Shown one piece after another: positions 30,691 through 42,800 of a stretch of DNA of 64,000 nucleotides. The DNA lies in NCBI GenBank assembly GCA_963770895.1, contig CAVYRF010000002.1, positions 2,944,001-3,008,000 on the forward strand, written 5' to 3'. The translations under genes and the position numbers were made by a program. A model generated the notes under the pieces. It saw only the letters and a program-made list of their open reading frames with translations. It did not search any database and had not been told where the DNA came from. This DNA is from an uncultured Acidobacteriota bacterium. Lineage in GTDB: Bacteria; Acidobacteriota; Thermoanaerobaculia; Multivoradales; UBA5704. Positions within the stretch are counted from its first letter, which is position 1, and the number at the start of each line of letters is the position of its first letter.

Positions 30691-31737
30691 ATGGCCATGC
30701 TTCCCGTTGAACGCCCCAGGTTTGCCAGATCGGTCGCCCCAGCGCTGTTGCGGCTGGTGACGGCGGGCGGTGGCGCGCTGCTGCTCAGTGTGGCCGGCTG
30801 TTCACGCCCGGTTGGGCTCGCCGCCGGGCCCGCTGGCCAACCCCATGATTCTGCCACGTTTTCGCCCTCCGCTGCCAGGCCGCGGCCGGCGGCGGCAGCG
30901 GCTTCGCCCATGTCTTTGAGTGCGTCCGGGGCCGCGGCGGGAGCCGCCGCGCCGGCCGGCGGCGGCGGTGCGCTCCAGGCGTCGGCGGGCCGGCAGGCGG
31001 GTTTCGTCGGTGTCGTGCTGGCGCGCCAGGCCATCACCGTGGCGGCGGAGGCGGACGGCCGGCTGGCCACGATCGCGGTGCGCGCCGGCGACACGGTCCA
31101 TCGCGGGCAGGAGCTGGCGACGGTTTCGACCGAGGAGATGAGCAACGAGCTGGTGGTCGTTCAGGCGACGGTGAGCGCGGCGCGCAGCGACGAGCGCCGC
31201 GCCGAGCTGGAGGTCGAGCGCGCCAAGGACCACATGGCGCGCCGCCAGCTGCACCCCGAGCTCTACTCGGACGAGGACCTGGCGTCGTCGCGCAACGCCT
31301 ACCAGGAAGCGGGGGTGGCGCTCGACAGCGCCAAGGCGCGCGTCGACGAGGAGGTGGGCCACCTGCGCCAGCTGCAGACGCGGCTGCAGCACGCGGTGCT
31401 GCGGGCGCCGATCGACGGCCGGGTGGCGCTGCGCTACCTGGATGCAGGCGCGCTGGTGCGGGCGGGCGGGCCGGTGGTGCGGCTGATCAGCGCCAACGAT
31501 TTCATGTTGCGCTTCGCCGTGCCGCCCGAGCAGGCGGCCGCGATCCACAAGGGGCAGGGCATCGAAGTGCGCCTGGATTCGCTCCCCCTGACGCTGCCCG
31601 GCCGCGTGTCGCAGGTGACGCCGCGCATCGATCCCGCGTCGCAGATGGTGTTCATCGAAGCCGATCTGACGGTGCCCGGCGATTGGGCGGGCCGGCTCGA
31701 AGACGGCCTGTCCGGCCGCGTCACCGTGCACGGCTGA
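30691..31737 (+). CDS. Periplasmic adaptor (HlyD/RND membrane fusion protein)
   Basis: DGRLATIAVRAGDTV, helical hairpin, LRAPIDGRV, possible lipobox VAGC. Confidence 0.87.
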   Translation: MAMLPVERPRFARSVAPALLRLVTAGGGALLLSVAGCSRPVGLAAGPAGQPHDSATFSPSAARPRPAAAAASPMSLSASGAAAGAAAPAGGGGALQASAGRQAGFVGVVLARQAITVAAEADGRLATIAVRAGDTVHRGQELATVSTEEMSNELVVVQATVSAARSDERRAELEVERAKDHMARRQLHPELYSDEDLASSRNAYQEAGVALDSAKARVDEEVGHLRQLQTRLQHAVLRAPIDGRVALRYLDAGALVRAGGPVVRLISANDFMLRFAVPPEQAAAIHKGQGIEVRLDSLPLTLPGRVSQVTPRIDPASQMVFIEADLTVPGDWAGRLEDGLSGRVTVHG

Positions 31738-31770
31738 AGCCCCGGCGCGGCGTGCACCCGGGGCTCGGCA

Positions 31771-33090
31771 CTAGCCGGCCGCGGGCGGCGCCTGCCCAGG
31801 CTCGCGGACGGTCACCCGCAGCGATGCCACGCGGGTGCGCTGCATCTCCAGCACTTCCAGGGTGATCGGTCCCAGCTCCACGCGGTCGCCCACCTCGGGG
31901 TTGCGGCCCAGCTCCGAAAAGACGACGCCGCCGATGGTGTCCTCGTCGCGGTCGCTCAGCTCCAGCCCCAGAGCCTCTTCCAGCTCTTCGATCAGCATGC
32001 CGCCCGCCACCCGGTAGGAGCCGTCGGGCTCCTGTTGCAGGTCGGGATTCTCGGTATCGAATTCGTCCTGGATCTGGCCGACGATCACTTCGATCACGTC
32101 TTCGAGCGTCACCACCCCCGAAACGCCGCCGTACTCGTCGAGCACGGCCGCCAGGTGGAAGCGCTCGGTGCGCATGCGCTTGAGCAGGCGGTCGAGGGTC
32201 AGCGATTCGGGGACGAAGGCGATTTCGCGCGCCACCTCCTGGAGCTTGGCGGGCGGGCGCTCGCGGCGAAACAGGTCCTTGATGTGGATCACTCCCACCA
32301 CGTGGTCGAGGTCGCCGTCGCAGAGGGGGAACCGGGTGTGGCCGCTGCGGCGCGCCAGGCGCAGGTTGTCCGCCACCGGCTGATCGGTCGTCAGATACAC
32401 CACGTCCTGGCGGGGCAGCATGATCTGGCGCGCCACCCGGTGTGACAGCTCGAACACGTTGTCCAGCAGCTCGCGTTTCTGCTGCGACACGTCGGATTCG
32501 TGCGCCGAGGCCAGCAGCAGGCGCAGCTCCGCTTCGTCGCGCACCCCTTCGCCCGAGCCAGGCGGCGCCAACCCGAACAGAGCCATCAGGCCGCGCGACG
32601 AGCGGTTGAGCAGCCAGATCGCCGGATAGGTCACGCGGTAGAACGCGTACAGCGGCAGCGCCACCAGCAACGCCGCCGGCACCACCCGGCGCAGCGCCAG
32701 CCACTTCGGAGTCAGCTCTCCCAGCACGATGTGCAGGATGGTGATGGCGAGAAACGAGATGGTGAGACCGATCGAATGCACGATCCGCGGGTTGGGGGCG
32801 CCGAACCAACGCACCGCGGGCTCGATCAGCCACGAAAACGCCGGCTCGCCGATCCACCCCAGGGCCAGGGACGCCAGGGTGATCCCCAGCTGCGTCGCCG
32901 ACAGGTAGGCGTCCAGGTGCTGCGTCATCCGTCGCGCCACCATCGCCCGCCGCTGCCCGCGCTCGGCGGCCGGCTGCAGCTGCGTCGGCCGCACCCGAAC
33001 CAGCGCGAACTCGGCGGCGACGAAGAAGCCGTTGATCAGCACCAAAAGGAAGCCAAATACCAGCGCCCAGCCTGGTTCCAGCGTGCTCAT
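31771..33090 (-). CDS. Hemolysin/CNNM family (DUF21-CBS-CorC) protein
   Basis: NGFFVAAEFA, QLGIT, GELTPK, GHTRFP, DEYGG, TIGG. Confidence 0.93.
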   Translation of the reverse strand: MSTLEPGWALVFGFLLVLINGFFVAAEFALVRVRPTQLQPAAERGQRRAMVARRMTQHLDAYLSATQLGITLASLALGWIGEPAFSWLIEPAVRWFGAPNPRIVHSIGLTISFLAITILHIVLGELTPKWLALRRVVPAALLVALPLYAFYRVTYPAIWLLNRSSRGLMALFGLAPPGSGEGVRDEAELRLLLASAHESDVSQQKRELLDNVFELSHRVARQIMLPRQDVVYLTTDQPVADNLRLARRSGHTRFPLCDGDLDHVVGVIHIKDLFRRERPPAKLQEVAREIAFVPESLTLDRLLKRMRTERFHLAAVLDEYGGVSGVVTLEDVIEVIVGQIQDEFDTENPDLQQEPDGSYRVAGGMLIEELEEALGLELSDRDEDTIGGVVFSELGRNPEVGDRVELGPITLEVLEMQRTRVASLRVTVREPGQAPPAAG

Positions 33091-33213
33091 CGCCGGCGCT
33101 CCCGCCGGTACGGCGCCGCGGTCGGACGATCAGGCTTTGAGAAAAGGGGTCGCGGAGGGTCTGTGCTCAAGCTCTGTGACTCTAGCACAGGTCTTTGGGC
33201 TGCTGCCGGCGGC

Positions 33214-33242
33214 TTGACAGCGTGCGCGCGGGGGCTTAGACT
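33214..33242 (+). promoter_or_regulatory. sigma70 promoter of groESL
   Basis: TTGACA (33214-33219), 17 nt spacer, TAGACT (33237-33242). Confidence 0.85.
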
Positions 33243-33247
33243 GCCTG

Positions 33248-33274
33248 TTAGCAGTCACCGTCGTTGAGTGCTAA
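33248..33274 (+). promoter_or_regulatory. CIRCE element (HrcA operator)
   Basis: TTAGCAGTC-N9-GAGTGCTAA, one mismatch from the consensus TTAGCACTC-N9-GAGTGCTAA. Confidence 0.93.
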
Positions 33275-33346
33275 CAAGCCACGGTGGGCTGGACCTGAGG
33301 CTGAAGGCTTTTTCCAACCCCCCAGTATTGAAGGAGGCAAGCCGTC

Positions 33347-33643
33347 ATGAACATCCGTCCGTTACACGACCGTGTCGTGGTGAAGCGTATCGAGCAGGAG
33401 GAGCAGGTTCGCGGGGGCATCATCATTCCTGACACCGCCAAAGAGAAGCCGCAAGAGGCCGAAGTGATCGCCGTCGGACCCGGCAAGCTGAACGATGAGG
33501 GCAAGCGTTCGCCGATGGACGTCAAGGCGGGCGACCGCGTGCTGATGGGCAAGTATTCCGGCAGCGAGATCAAGATCGACAACGAGGATTACGTCATCCT
33601 GCGCGAAGACGAAATCCTGGCGGTGGTGAACGGCAAGAAGTAA
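33347..33643 (+). CDS. groES: Co-chaperonin GroES
   Basis: [14 protein letters not shown]...[23 protein letters not shown]. Confidence 0.99.
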   Translation: MNIRPLHDRVVVKRIEQEEQVRGGIIIPDTAKEKPQEAEVIAVGPGKLNDEGKRSPMDVKAGDRVLMGKYSGSEIKIDNEDYVILREDEILAVVNGKK

Positions 33644-35377
<1,734 letters not shown>

Positions 35378-35491
35378 ACCCAAGCCTCAAGGCCCAGGCG
35401 CAAGCCGAAGCCAAGCCCCACTCAGCCCGGTGGCCCGCCCGCATCAAGGCGCGCCGCCGGTGCTGTATCCCTTCGCAAATTCGCTCCTTCG

Positions 35492-35523
35492 CGGCCGACC
35501 CGGCTTTCCGGGCCGGCCGTTTT
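35492..35523 (+). terminator. Probable intrinsic terminator after groEL
   Basis: CGGCCGACCCGG-CTTT-CCGGGCCGGCCG hairpin followed by TTTT. Confidence 0.7.
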
Positions 35524-35769
35524 CACGTCCGGCGCCCGGCGCGCCCCGGCGCTTGGCAGCGTCCGTCTGCCGCTCGCCGGTCGTGTTACAGCTTTGCCAA
35601 GCGAACAGCGTGCAACGGAATGTGCTTGTCACCCGTATATACGGAGGTACGGTACTGATTCTGAGTCGCCTTTGGGTGATGACGCGTAGTCGCGGCTAGG
35701 TGGCCGGGTCCCCCCGCCGGTCGGCCTCGCCAGGTGCGACGGGTGTCCTGCGGAAGAAGGGAGCCAGGG

Positions 35770-38700
35770 ATGCGACTGTGCCTCGGCGTAGTGGCGGTGG
35801 TCGTTGGTTTGGCGTTTCCGGCGTCAGGGTCGGCGCAGGCTGCCGGGGGTTCGGCCGGCGGCGCCGGGGTGACCATGGCGGTTGGTGGTAGCGGCCAGAC
35901 CGCCGCGGCGCCCCTGGTGGAGTGGCCGGAGGTGGGGCGGACGTTTGCCGAGCCGCTGGTCCCCGTCGGGGCGCCGGAGGCGCTGGAAACCCGCGAGCTG
36001 GCGGCGGCGATCCGCGCCTACCGCGCGGCGGCGGACGTTGAGGCGGTGGAGCCGATCCTCGCGTTCCTGACGCGGCACCCGGATTCGGCCTGGAAGCCGT
36101 CGTTGCTCGCCAACCTGGCGGTGCTCTATCGCCACACCGGCTACCTGGATCGCGCTCTTGCCGCGGCCGAAGATGCCTGGCGGTTGACCGCGACGTCTGG
36201 GGAGCCCGAGGCGATGAAGGTTGCCGACGCGGCGCTGGCGACCCGCATCGAGATCACCTCCGCCCTGGGCCGCACGGAGGAACTGGCGGCGCTGCTCGAC
36301 GCGGTGCGGAGCCGCCCCCTGCGCGGTCACGCCGCGGAGATCGTTTCCGGCGCGCGGTCGAGCCTGTGGCAGATGCGCCACGACCCGGGCAGCTCCTTCC
36401 GCTGCGGCCCCCTGGCCATCGAGCGGGTCGCCGCGGTGCTGCATCCGGGCGCCGCCCCCGATCCGCGGGTGCTGCGCTACCGCTCGACGGGCCAGGGCAC
36501 CTCGCTGGAGGAGATGGCGCAGCTTGCCCAGGCGACCGGCCTGGAGCTGCAGGCGTTCCAACGCCAGGCCGGCTCTCCAATCCCGGTGCCGGCGGTGGTG
36601 CATTGGAAGGCCGGCCACTTCGCGGCGCTCGTCGCGCAGCAGGGGAGCCGCTACCTGGTCAAGGACATGACCTTCGGCGACAACCGCTGGCTGAGCCGCG
36701 CCGCCGTGGAGGAGGAGTCCTCCGGCTATCTGCTTGCCCGGTCTGGAAAGCCGCTGCCGGAGGGGTGGCGTGCGGTGGCGCCCGCGGAGGCTGCGGCGGT
36801 GCGCGGGCGAGGCGCCAGCGCCAACCCCAACCCGGGAGCGACCACGCCGGCCGACCCCAAGAAGCCGGCGCTGTGCGGTGGCAACGGCGTCGGCATGCCG
36901 GTCTACAACTTTCACACCGCGGTGGTGAGCTTGAACGTCACCGACTCTCCGGTCGGCTATCAGCCGCCGCGCGGACCGGCGATGCGGTTCGGCATCACCT
37001 ACAACAGCCGCGAAGACTTTCAGCCGGCCACGTTCACCTACACCAACCTGGGCTCGCGCTGGAACTTCGACTGGCTCTCCTACGTCGAAGACGACGACCC
37101 CAACGGCAACGGCAACACCATCCGCGTCGCCGAGAGGGGCGGCGGCTCGTACATCCTGTCGCAGGTTTCGGCCATCTATTGGTGGGCGTACGGCCCCAAC
37201 GTGAGCGGTTCGCACGACACGGTGACGCGGCTGTTCCAGGCGGGTGCGAACAGCACCGTCGGCTTTGTGCGGCAGTATCCCGACGGTTCGCAGGACACCT
37301 ATCAGCTTTCGGACAACGCCGCCATGATGCGCAAGTACTACCTGACCGCGGTGACGGATGCGGTAGGCAATACGGTCACGCTCAACTACGACGCCGCGAC
37401 CACGCGCCTGCTGTCGATCACCGATCCGCTGGGCCAGACGACGACGCTCACCTATGGGTTGGCGGGAGACATGTACAAAGTCACCGCGGTCACCGACCCG
37501 TTTGGGCGCCAGGCGCTCTTTCAGTATTCCGGCGGCGAGCTGCAGAGCGTCACCGACGCCGCCGGGATGACATCGTCGTTCGCCTACGGTCCGACCGTGC
37601 CGGCGCCGGCAGCGCCCTATTGCCTCAACAGCAGCTACGACACGGTGTACGCCGTGCCGGCGGATTTCATGAACGCGATGACCACTCCCTACGGCACGAC
37701 GAGCTTCGTCATGGGGGAGGCGCCGCCGTGCGTCGGAACCGACCTTGGCAACATCCGCTGGCTGCAGGCGACCGATCCGCTCGGCCACCAGGAGCGGATC
37801 GAGTTCACGCACGAAGCGCAGAACGTTCCAGAGACCACGACCGAGCCGATCCCCGCCGGCTTTGGCAACGAAAACCTGGCGTATCGCAATACCTACTATT
37901 GGAACCCGACGGCGATGGAGCAGTACAGCGCCGCCGATCCCAATCGGTATCTCAACGCCACCTTCACCATCCACTGGCTGCGCGACTTTTCGGAAGGCGG
38001 GACGGCGGCGTCTTCGATCCCGGGTTTTGTTCAGCCGCAGGGGGAGCGCCGCATCTGGATGAACTATCCCAACATGCCCGGCGACAGCGACCAGGGCAGC
38101 CTTTCGGCGCCGACCGTCACGGCGACGGTGCTCGACACCGGCCAGACCCAGGCAACTGCCTCCAGCTACGATGCCTCGGGCAGGCTGCTGACCTATGCCG
38201 ACCCGGCGGGCCGCACCTATAACTACCTGTATGCGGCCAACCAGATCGATCTGATCAAGGTGCTGGCCGGGCAGCTGGATGGCGGCGGCACTGGCCTTAC
38301 GTCTGCCGGCGAACAGCTGGCCGGCTTGACCTACAACTCGGTGCATGAACCGCTCACCTACGTCGACTACGCGGGCCAGCGGTCGACATTCACCTACAAC
38401 AGCTTTGGCGAGATGACCTCGGCGCAGCGGCCGGATGGGGTGACCACCAACTACACCTACGACAGCCGGGGTTTTCTGATCCAAAAAGCGATCGCCGGGA
38501 CCACCTACCAGGAAACCTACACGTACGACTCCGCCAATCGGCTGCTGACCTGGACGTCGACGGACGGCTACACCTTGACGTTCAGCTACGACTCGCTGGA
38601 TCGCCTCACGCAGATCACCTATCCGGACGGCACGATGGACCAGGTGGTGTTCAACAAGTTGGACGTCGTGGCCTATCAGGACCGCATGGGACGGGTCACC

Positions 38701-39858
38701 ACGTACGCCTACGACGCCGCCGATCGCCTGGCTTCCGTCACCGACCCGGCAGGAAGAACCACGACCTATTCCTGGTGCGGCTGTGGCGCGCTGTCGCAGG
38801 TGGCCGACCCGCGCGGCTACCTGACCACCTGGATGCTCGACGGCCTCAACCGCGTGGTCGGCAAGCAGGTCAACGGCGCCACGGTGGCGCTCTTTGCCTA
38901 CGACGACGCCGGCAGGTTGATCCGGCGCACCGACGGGTTGGGCCAGGTCACCAACTACAGCTATACCGTCGACAACCGGCTGGCGGCGATCACCTATCAG
39001 AACAGCGTCCACGCGACGCCCGGCGTGCAATATTTCTACGATCAGTACTACCCGCGCTTGACGATGATGACCGATGCGTTCGGTTCGACGCTCTACAGCT
39101 ACAACCCCGCGGGCAGCGTCGGAGCGGGACAGATCGCCAGCATCACCGCGCCGGCGCCCAATCACACGATCATCTTTCAATACGACGTCAACGGCCGGCG
39201 CATCGGCCAGACGGTTGACGGCGTGGCGCAGACGCGGACCTACGACAGCGAGGATCGTCTGACGACCCTGGCCAGCCCGCTCGGCACGTTCACCGCGACC
39301 TACGTCGGATCGTCCAGCCGGATGGCCACGCTGTCCTATCCGAACGGTCAGGGAGCGGCGTATTCCTATCTTGGCCCGACGCAAGACTTTCGTTTATCGC
39401 AGGTGGTCTGGGGTTCCACGGCGAACGGCCCCAACCTGTCGCAGTTCGGCTACTCCTATGATCCTGCTCACCAGCAGATCGTCGGCCTCTCCTGGTTCGA
39501 TATCGACAACCCGACGGGGCGATTCTTCAACTTCACCTACGACGGCGCCCAGCAGCTGATCGCGCGGCAGCAGACAACCAACCCGGCGCAGTCGCCGGTG
39601 ACGACGCTGCACACCTACGCGGCCGGCTACGACCCGTCGGGCAACCGCACCAGCGAAACCATCGATACGGCTCTATCGACCGCAACCTACGACGGCGCCA
39701 ATCAGCTGATCACGCTCGATTCCGGGCTCAGCCTGCAGGCGCAGGCGGCAATCCAGCAGCTGCGCGCCCGCCGGCCGGCGGCGACGGTGCCGCCGCGAAG
39801 TCCAGCCGGAGCGCCGGGAACTCCAGGCAACGTCAACGGGGGCGGCCATGAGAACTGA
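35770..39858 (+). CDS. Secreted RHS/YD-repeat protein A with N-terminal C39-like peptidase; no RHS core or toxin tail
   Basis: Signal peptide, RCGPLA...VVHWKAGHFAAL...VKD papain-like triad, many YD repeats. Ends at YDGANQL plus a Pro-rich tail with no DPxG. Confidence 0.9.
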   Translation: MRLCLGVVAVVVGLAFPASGSAQAAGGSAGGAGVTMAVGGSGQTAAAPLVEWPEVGRTFAEPLVPVGAPEALETRELAAAIRAYRAAADVEAVEPILAFLTRHPDSAWKPSLLANLAVLYRHTGYLDRALAAAEDAWRLTATSGEPEAMKVADAALATRIEITSALGRTEELAALLDAVRSRPLRGHAAEIVSGARSSLWQMRHDPGSSFRCGPLAIERVAAVLHPGAAPDPRVLRYRSTGQGTSLEEMAQLAQATGLELQAFQRQAGSPIPVPAVVHWKAGHFAALVAQQGSRYLVKDMTFGDNRWLSRAAVEEESSGYLLARSGKPLPEGWRAVAPAEAAAVRGRGASANPNPGATTPADPKKPALCGGNGVGMPVYNFHTAVVSLNVTDSPVGYQPPRGPAMRFGITYNSREDFQPATFTYTNLGSRWNFDWLSYVEDDDPNGNGNTIRVAERGGGSYILSQVSAIYWWAYGPNVSGSHDTVTRLFQAGANSTVGFVRQYPDGSQDTYQLSDNAAMMRKYYLTAVTDAVGNTVTLNYDAATTRLLSITDPLGQTTTLTYGLAGDMYKVTAVTDPFGRQALFQYSGGELQSVTDAAGMTSSFAYGPTVPAPAAPYCLNSSYDTVYAVPADFMNAMTTPYGTTSFVMGEAPPCVGTDLGNIRWLQATDPLGHQERIEFTHEAQNVPETTTEPIPAGFGNENLAYRNTYYWNPTAMEQYSAADPNRYLNATFTIHWLRDFSEGGTAASSIPGFVQPQGERRIWMNYPNMPGDSDQGSLSAPTVTATVLDTGQTQATASSYDASGRLLTYADPAGRTYNYLYAANQIDLIKVLAGQLDGGGTGLTSAGEQLAGLTYNSVHEPLTYVDYAGQRSTFTYNSFGEMTSAQRPDGVTTNYTYDSRGFLIQKAIAGTTYQETYTYDSANRLLTWTSTDGYTLTFSYDSLDRLTQITYPDGTMDQVVFNKLDVVAYQDRMGRVTTYAYDAADRLASVTDPAGRTTTYSWCGCGALSQVADPRGYLTTWMLDGLNRVVGKQVNGATVALFAYDDAGRLIRRTDGLGQVTNYSYTVDNRLAAITYQNSVHATPGVQYFYDQYYPRLTMMTDAFGSTLYSYNPAGSVGAGQIASITAPAPNHTIIFQYDVNGRRIGQTVDGVAQTRTYDSEDRLTTLASPLGTFTATYVGSSSRMATLSYPNGQGAAYSYLGPTQDFRLSQVVWGSTANGPNLSQFGYSYDPAHQQIVGLSWFDIDNPTGRFFNFTYDGAQQLIARQQTTNPAQSPVTTLHTYAAGYDPSGNRTSETIDTALSTATYDGANQLITLDSGLSLQAQAAIQQLRARRPAATVPPRSPAGAPGTPGNVNGGGHEN

Positions 39859-42800
39859 GCGGTGGCTGGAAGCCGTCCGCGGCCGGCTGCTGCCGCTCGC
39901 GTTTGCGGGTGTTGTCCTGGTTACCGGCGGGCTACGCCAGGTCCGTGCGCAGACCAGTGTCACGGTGAGCGGACCGACCACCTTGTATCAAGGCGAAGCC
40001 GCGATCTACAACGCGTCCGTCTATCCCTATCCCACCGGGACCGTGGTCACCTGGTCGGTGTATCCGCCGGCGGGTGTCACCTTGAACGAACCTGGAACGA
40101 CATCCATCAACGTCACGGCAGGCACGACGCCCGGCGTGTACACCCTGACCGCCATTGCCAATAACGTGGCCTCAGGATATTTGAACATCACCGTCCCGGG
40201 GCCTCCGGTCACTTCGGTGACCCCGCTGACCGCCGTGATCGCCGCCGGCCAGGCGGCCTTGTTTTCCGCCAGCGTGATCAACTCGGACTCGCCATACTTC
40301 TTTTGGAGCACGGACGACCCCAGCGGTATTGTTGCGGGAGGCGGGGGCGCGGGCACCGGCCCCGTCGGTCAATTCAGCCACATCGTGGGCCGCTCGGGAG
40401 GGCTGTTTCATGTCTACGTCGTCAACAACGGAGACGGCAATTATGGCGTCCAGGGCACCGCGACCGTGCAGGTGGTCGACGTCGCCGTCGCGCCGGCGGC
40501 CATTACGGTCCTGCCTGGCACCGCGCGGCAATTCTTTGCCGACGTGACCGGCAGCCAGCAGAGCGTGCAATGGTCCTCGACGTTGCCGGGAGCTACCTTT
40601 TCGAGCACCGGCCTCCTTCAGGTGCCGGCCAACGCGGCCGCGGGCTCCTACACCGTCACGGTGCAGACCGTCGGCAACCCGCTGGCGACCAGCACCGCGG
40701 CGCTCACGGTCGTGTCCACCATGCCGGTGAGCGGGGTCGCCGTGTCGCCGTCGCGCTCGGTGATCGATTCGGGGCAGCAGGAGCCCTTCACGGCGGTGGT
40801 GGAAGACCCCAACGGTGAGCCGCATCCCAACCAGGCAGTCACCTGGTCGGTTGCCGGTCCGGGCGCCGCGTCGATTGCCGCCAACGGTCTGTTCACCGCG
40901 CCTGCCGTGCCCGGCGTCTTTACCGTCACGGCGACGGCGGTGGCGAATCCGACCCAATCAGGCACCGCCACGGTGACGGTGGGCGAAGACCTGGAGATCC
41001 TGCCGTCGTCGCCCAGCCTTGCGCCGGGCGCCAGCCAGGCCTTCACCGCGCAGGTCAGCGGCGTCGCCAATCCGGCCGTGACCTGGAGCGTAGAGGAAGG
41101 CTCGGCAGGTGGCAGCATCACCACGGCGGGGCTCTACACCGCCCCCGTCGGCGCCGGCGTCTACCACGTCCTGGCGCTGTCCACCGCGGCGGGAGGCGGC
41201 CCCGTACAGGGCTTGGCGACGGTCACCGTGAGCGCCGGCCCGCTGATCGGGATCGCCGTCGCCCCGGCGGAAACCGCGGTGGCCGCGGGCGGCCTGCAGC
41301 AGTTCACCGCCACTGTGGCAGGCGCCGCCGACACCGGCGTCCTGTGGTCCGTGTCGGCAGGTTCGATCGACGCGACCGGCCTCTTCACCGCCCCCACGAC
41401 CGACGGCACCGTCACCATCACCGCCGCGAGCCACGCCGACCCGCAGGTGCAGGCCTCGGCAACCGCGGTCGTCACGGTTCCCGGCCAGGGGCAGGCGTTC
41501 CAATACGACGCCAACGGCAACCTGCTGTCCGACGGCACCCGCACCTACGAATGGGATGCGGAAAACCGCCTGACCGCGATCAACATCGGCAGTCAGCGCA
41601 GCCAGTTCGCCTACGACGGCCTGGGGCGGCGCGCGCTCATCACCGAGCTGAACAACGGCGCCGTGGTGAGCAGCCGGCACTACATCTGGGTGGAAGACCA
41701 GATCGTCGAAGAGACGGACGCCACCGTCGATCCGACCGGAGCGGTCACCGCGCCTGGCAACTTCGACAGCCTCAACTGCAACCAGGTCGCCGGCTGGGCG
41801 TGGAATCCCGCCCAACCGAACACGCCTGTCAGCGTCAGCATCGAGTCCGGCACGACCAGCGAGGCAACCGTGCTGGCCAACAACTACCGCAGCGACCTCA
41901 AGCTCGCCGGCGCCGGCAACGGCAACCACGGCTTCACCTATCCATTGCCCGCGCAGTTCAAGACCGGCACGGCGCAGGCCGCGACGCTGTTGCTAACCGG
42001 CACCACGACATCGCTCGGCACCCGCACCGTGACCTGTACCGCGCCCAGCTTTTCAGGCTCGTTCGCCAGCCCCAGCTGCACCCAGCTCGCCGGTTGGGCC
42101 TGGGACGCCACCGAACCCAACGACCCGATCAACGTCGACATCTACGACGGCACCACCCTGATCGTCACCGTCCTTGCCAACACCTTCCGCCAGGACCTGG
42201 AAAACGCCGGCATCGGCAACGGTGTCCACGGCTTCTTCCTCCCCACCCCCGCCGCGCTCAAGACCGGCACCGCCCACACCATCACCCTCAAAGCCGGAGG
42301 CACGCCGACGGTCATCGGCGCCCCGCAAACGCTCACCTGCTCCAGCGCCAACTTCGCCGGTTTCTTCGACTATGCTGACTGCACCCAGCTCGCCGGCTGG
42401 GCCTGGGATGCCAACCAACCCAACGCCGCCCTCAACGTGGACCTCTACGACAACGGCGCCCTGCTCGCCACCATCCCCGCCGCCACCTTCCGCCAGGACC
42501 TGCAAACCGCCGGCAAGGGCAACGGCGATCACGGCTTCACCTACACCTCGCCAGCCCTCTACTCCGGCACCACCCACAGCCTGTCCGTCACCTATTCCGG
42601 CACCACCATCCCCTTGGGAGGCACCCCAAAGACCATCACCTGCCCAACCGAGCCCATCCTCACCCGCTTCTTCCCCGGAGGCATGCAGTCCAGCGGCACC
42701 AACTACTACTTCACCTACGACCGCCTGGGCAGCGTCCGCGAAGTCACCGACCCCAACGGCAAGGTCGTCAGCCGCTACGATTACGACCCCTACGGACGCC

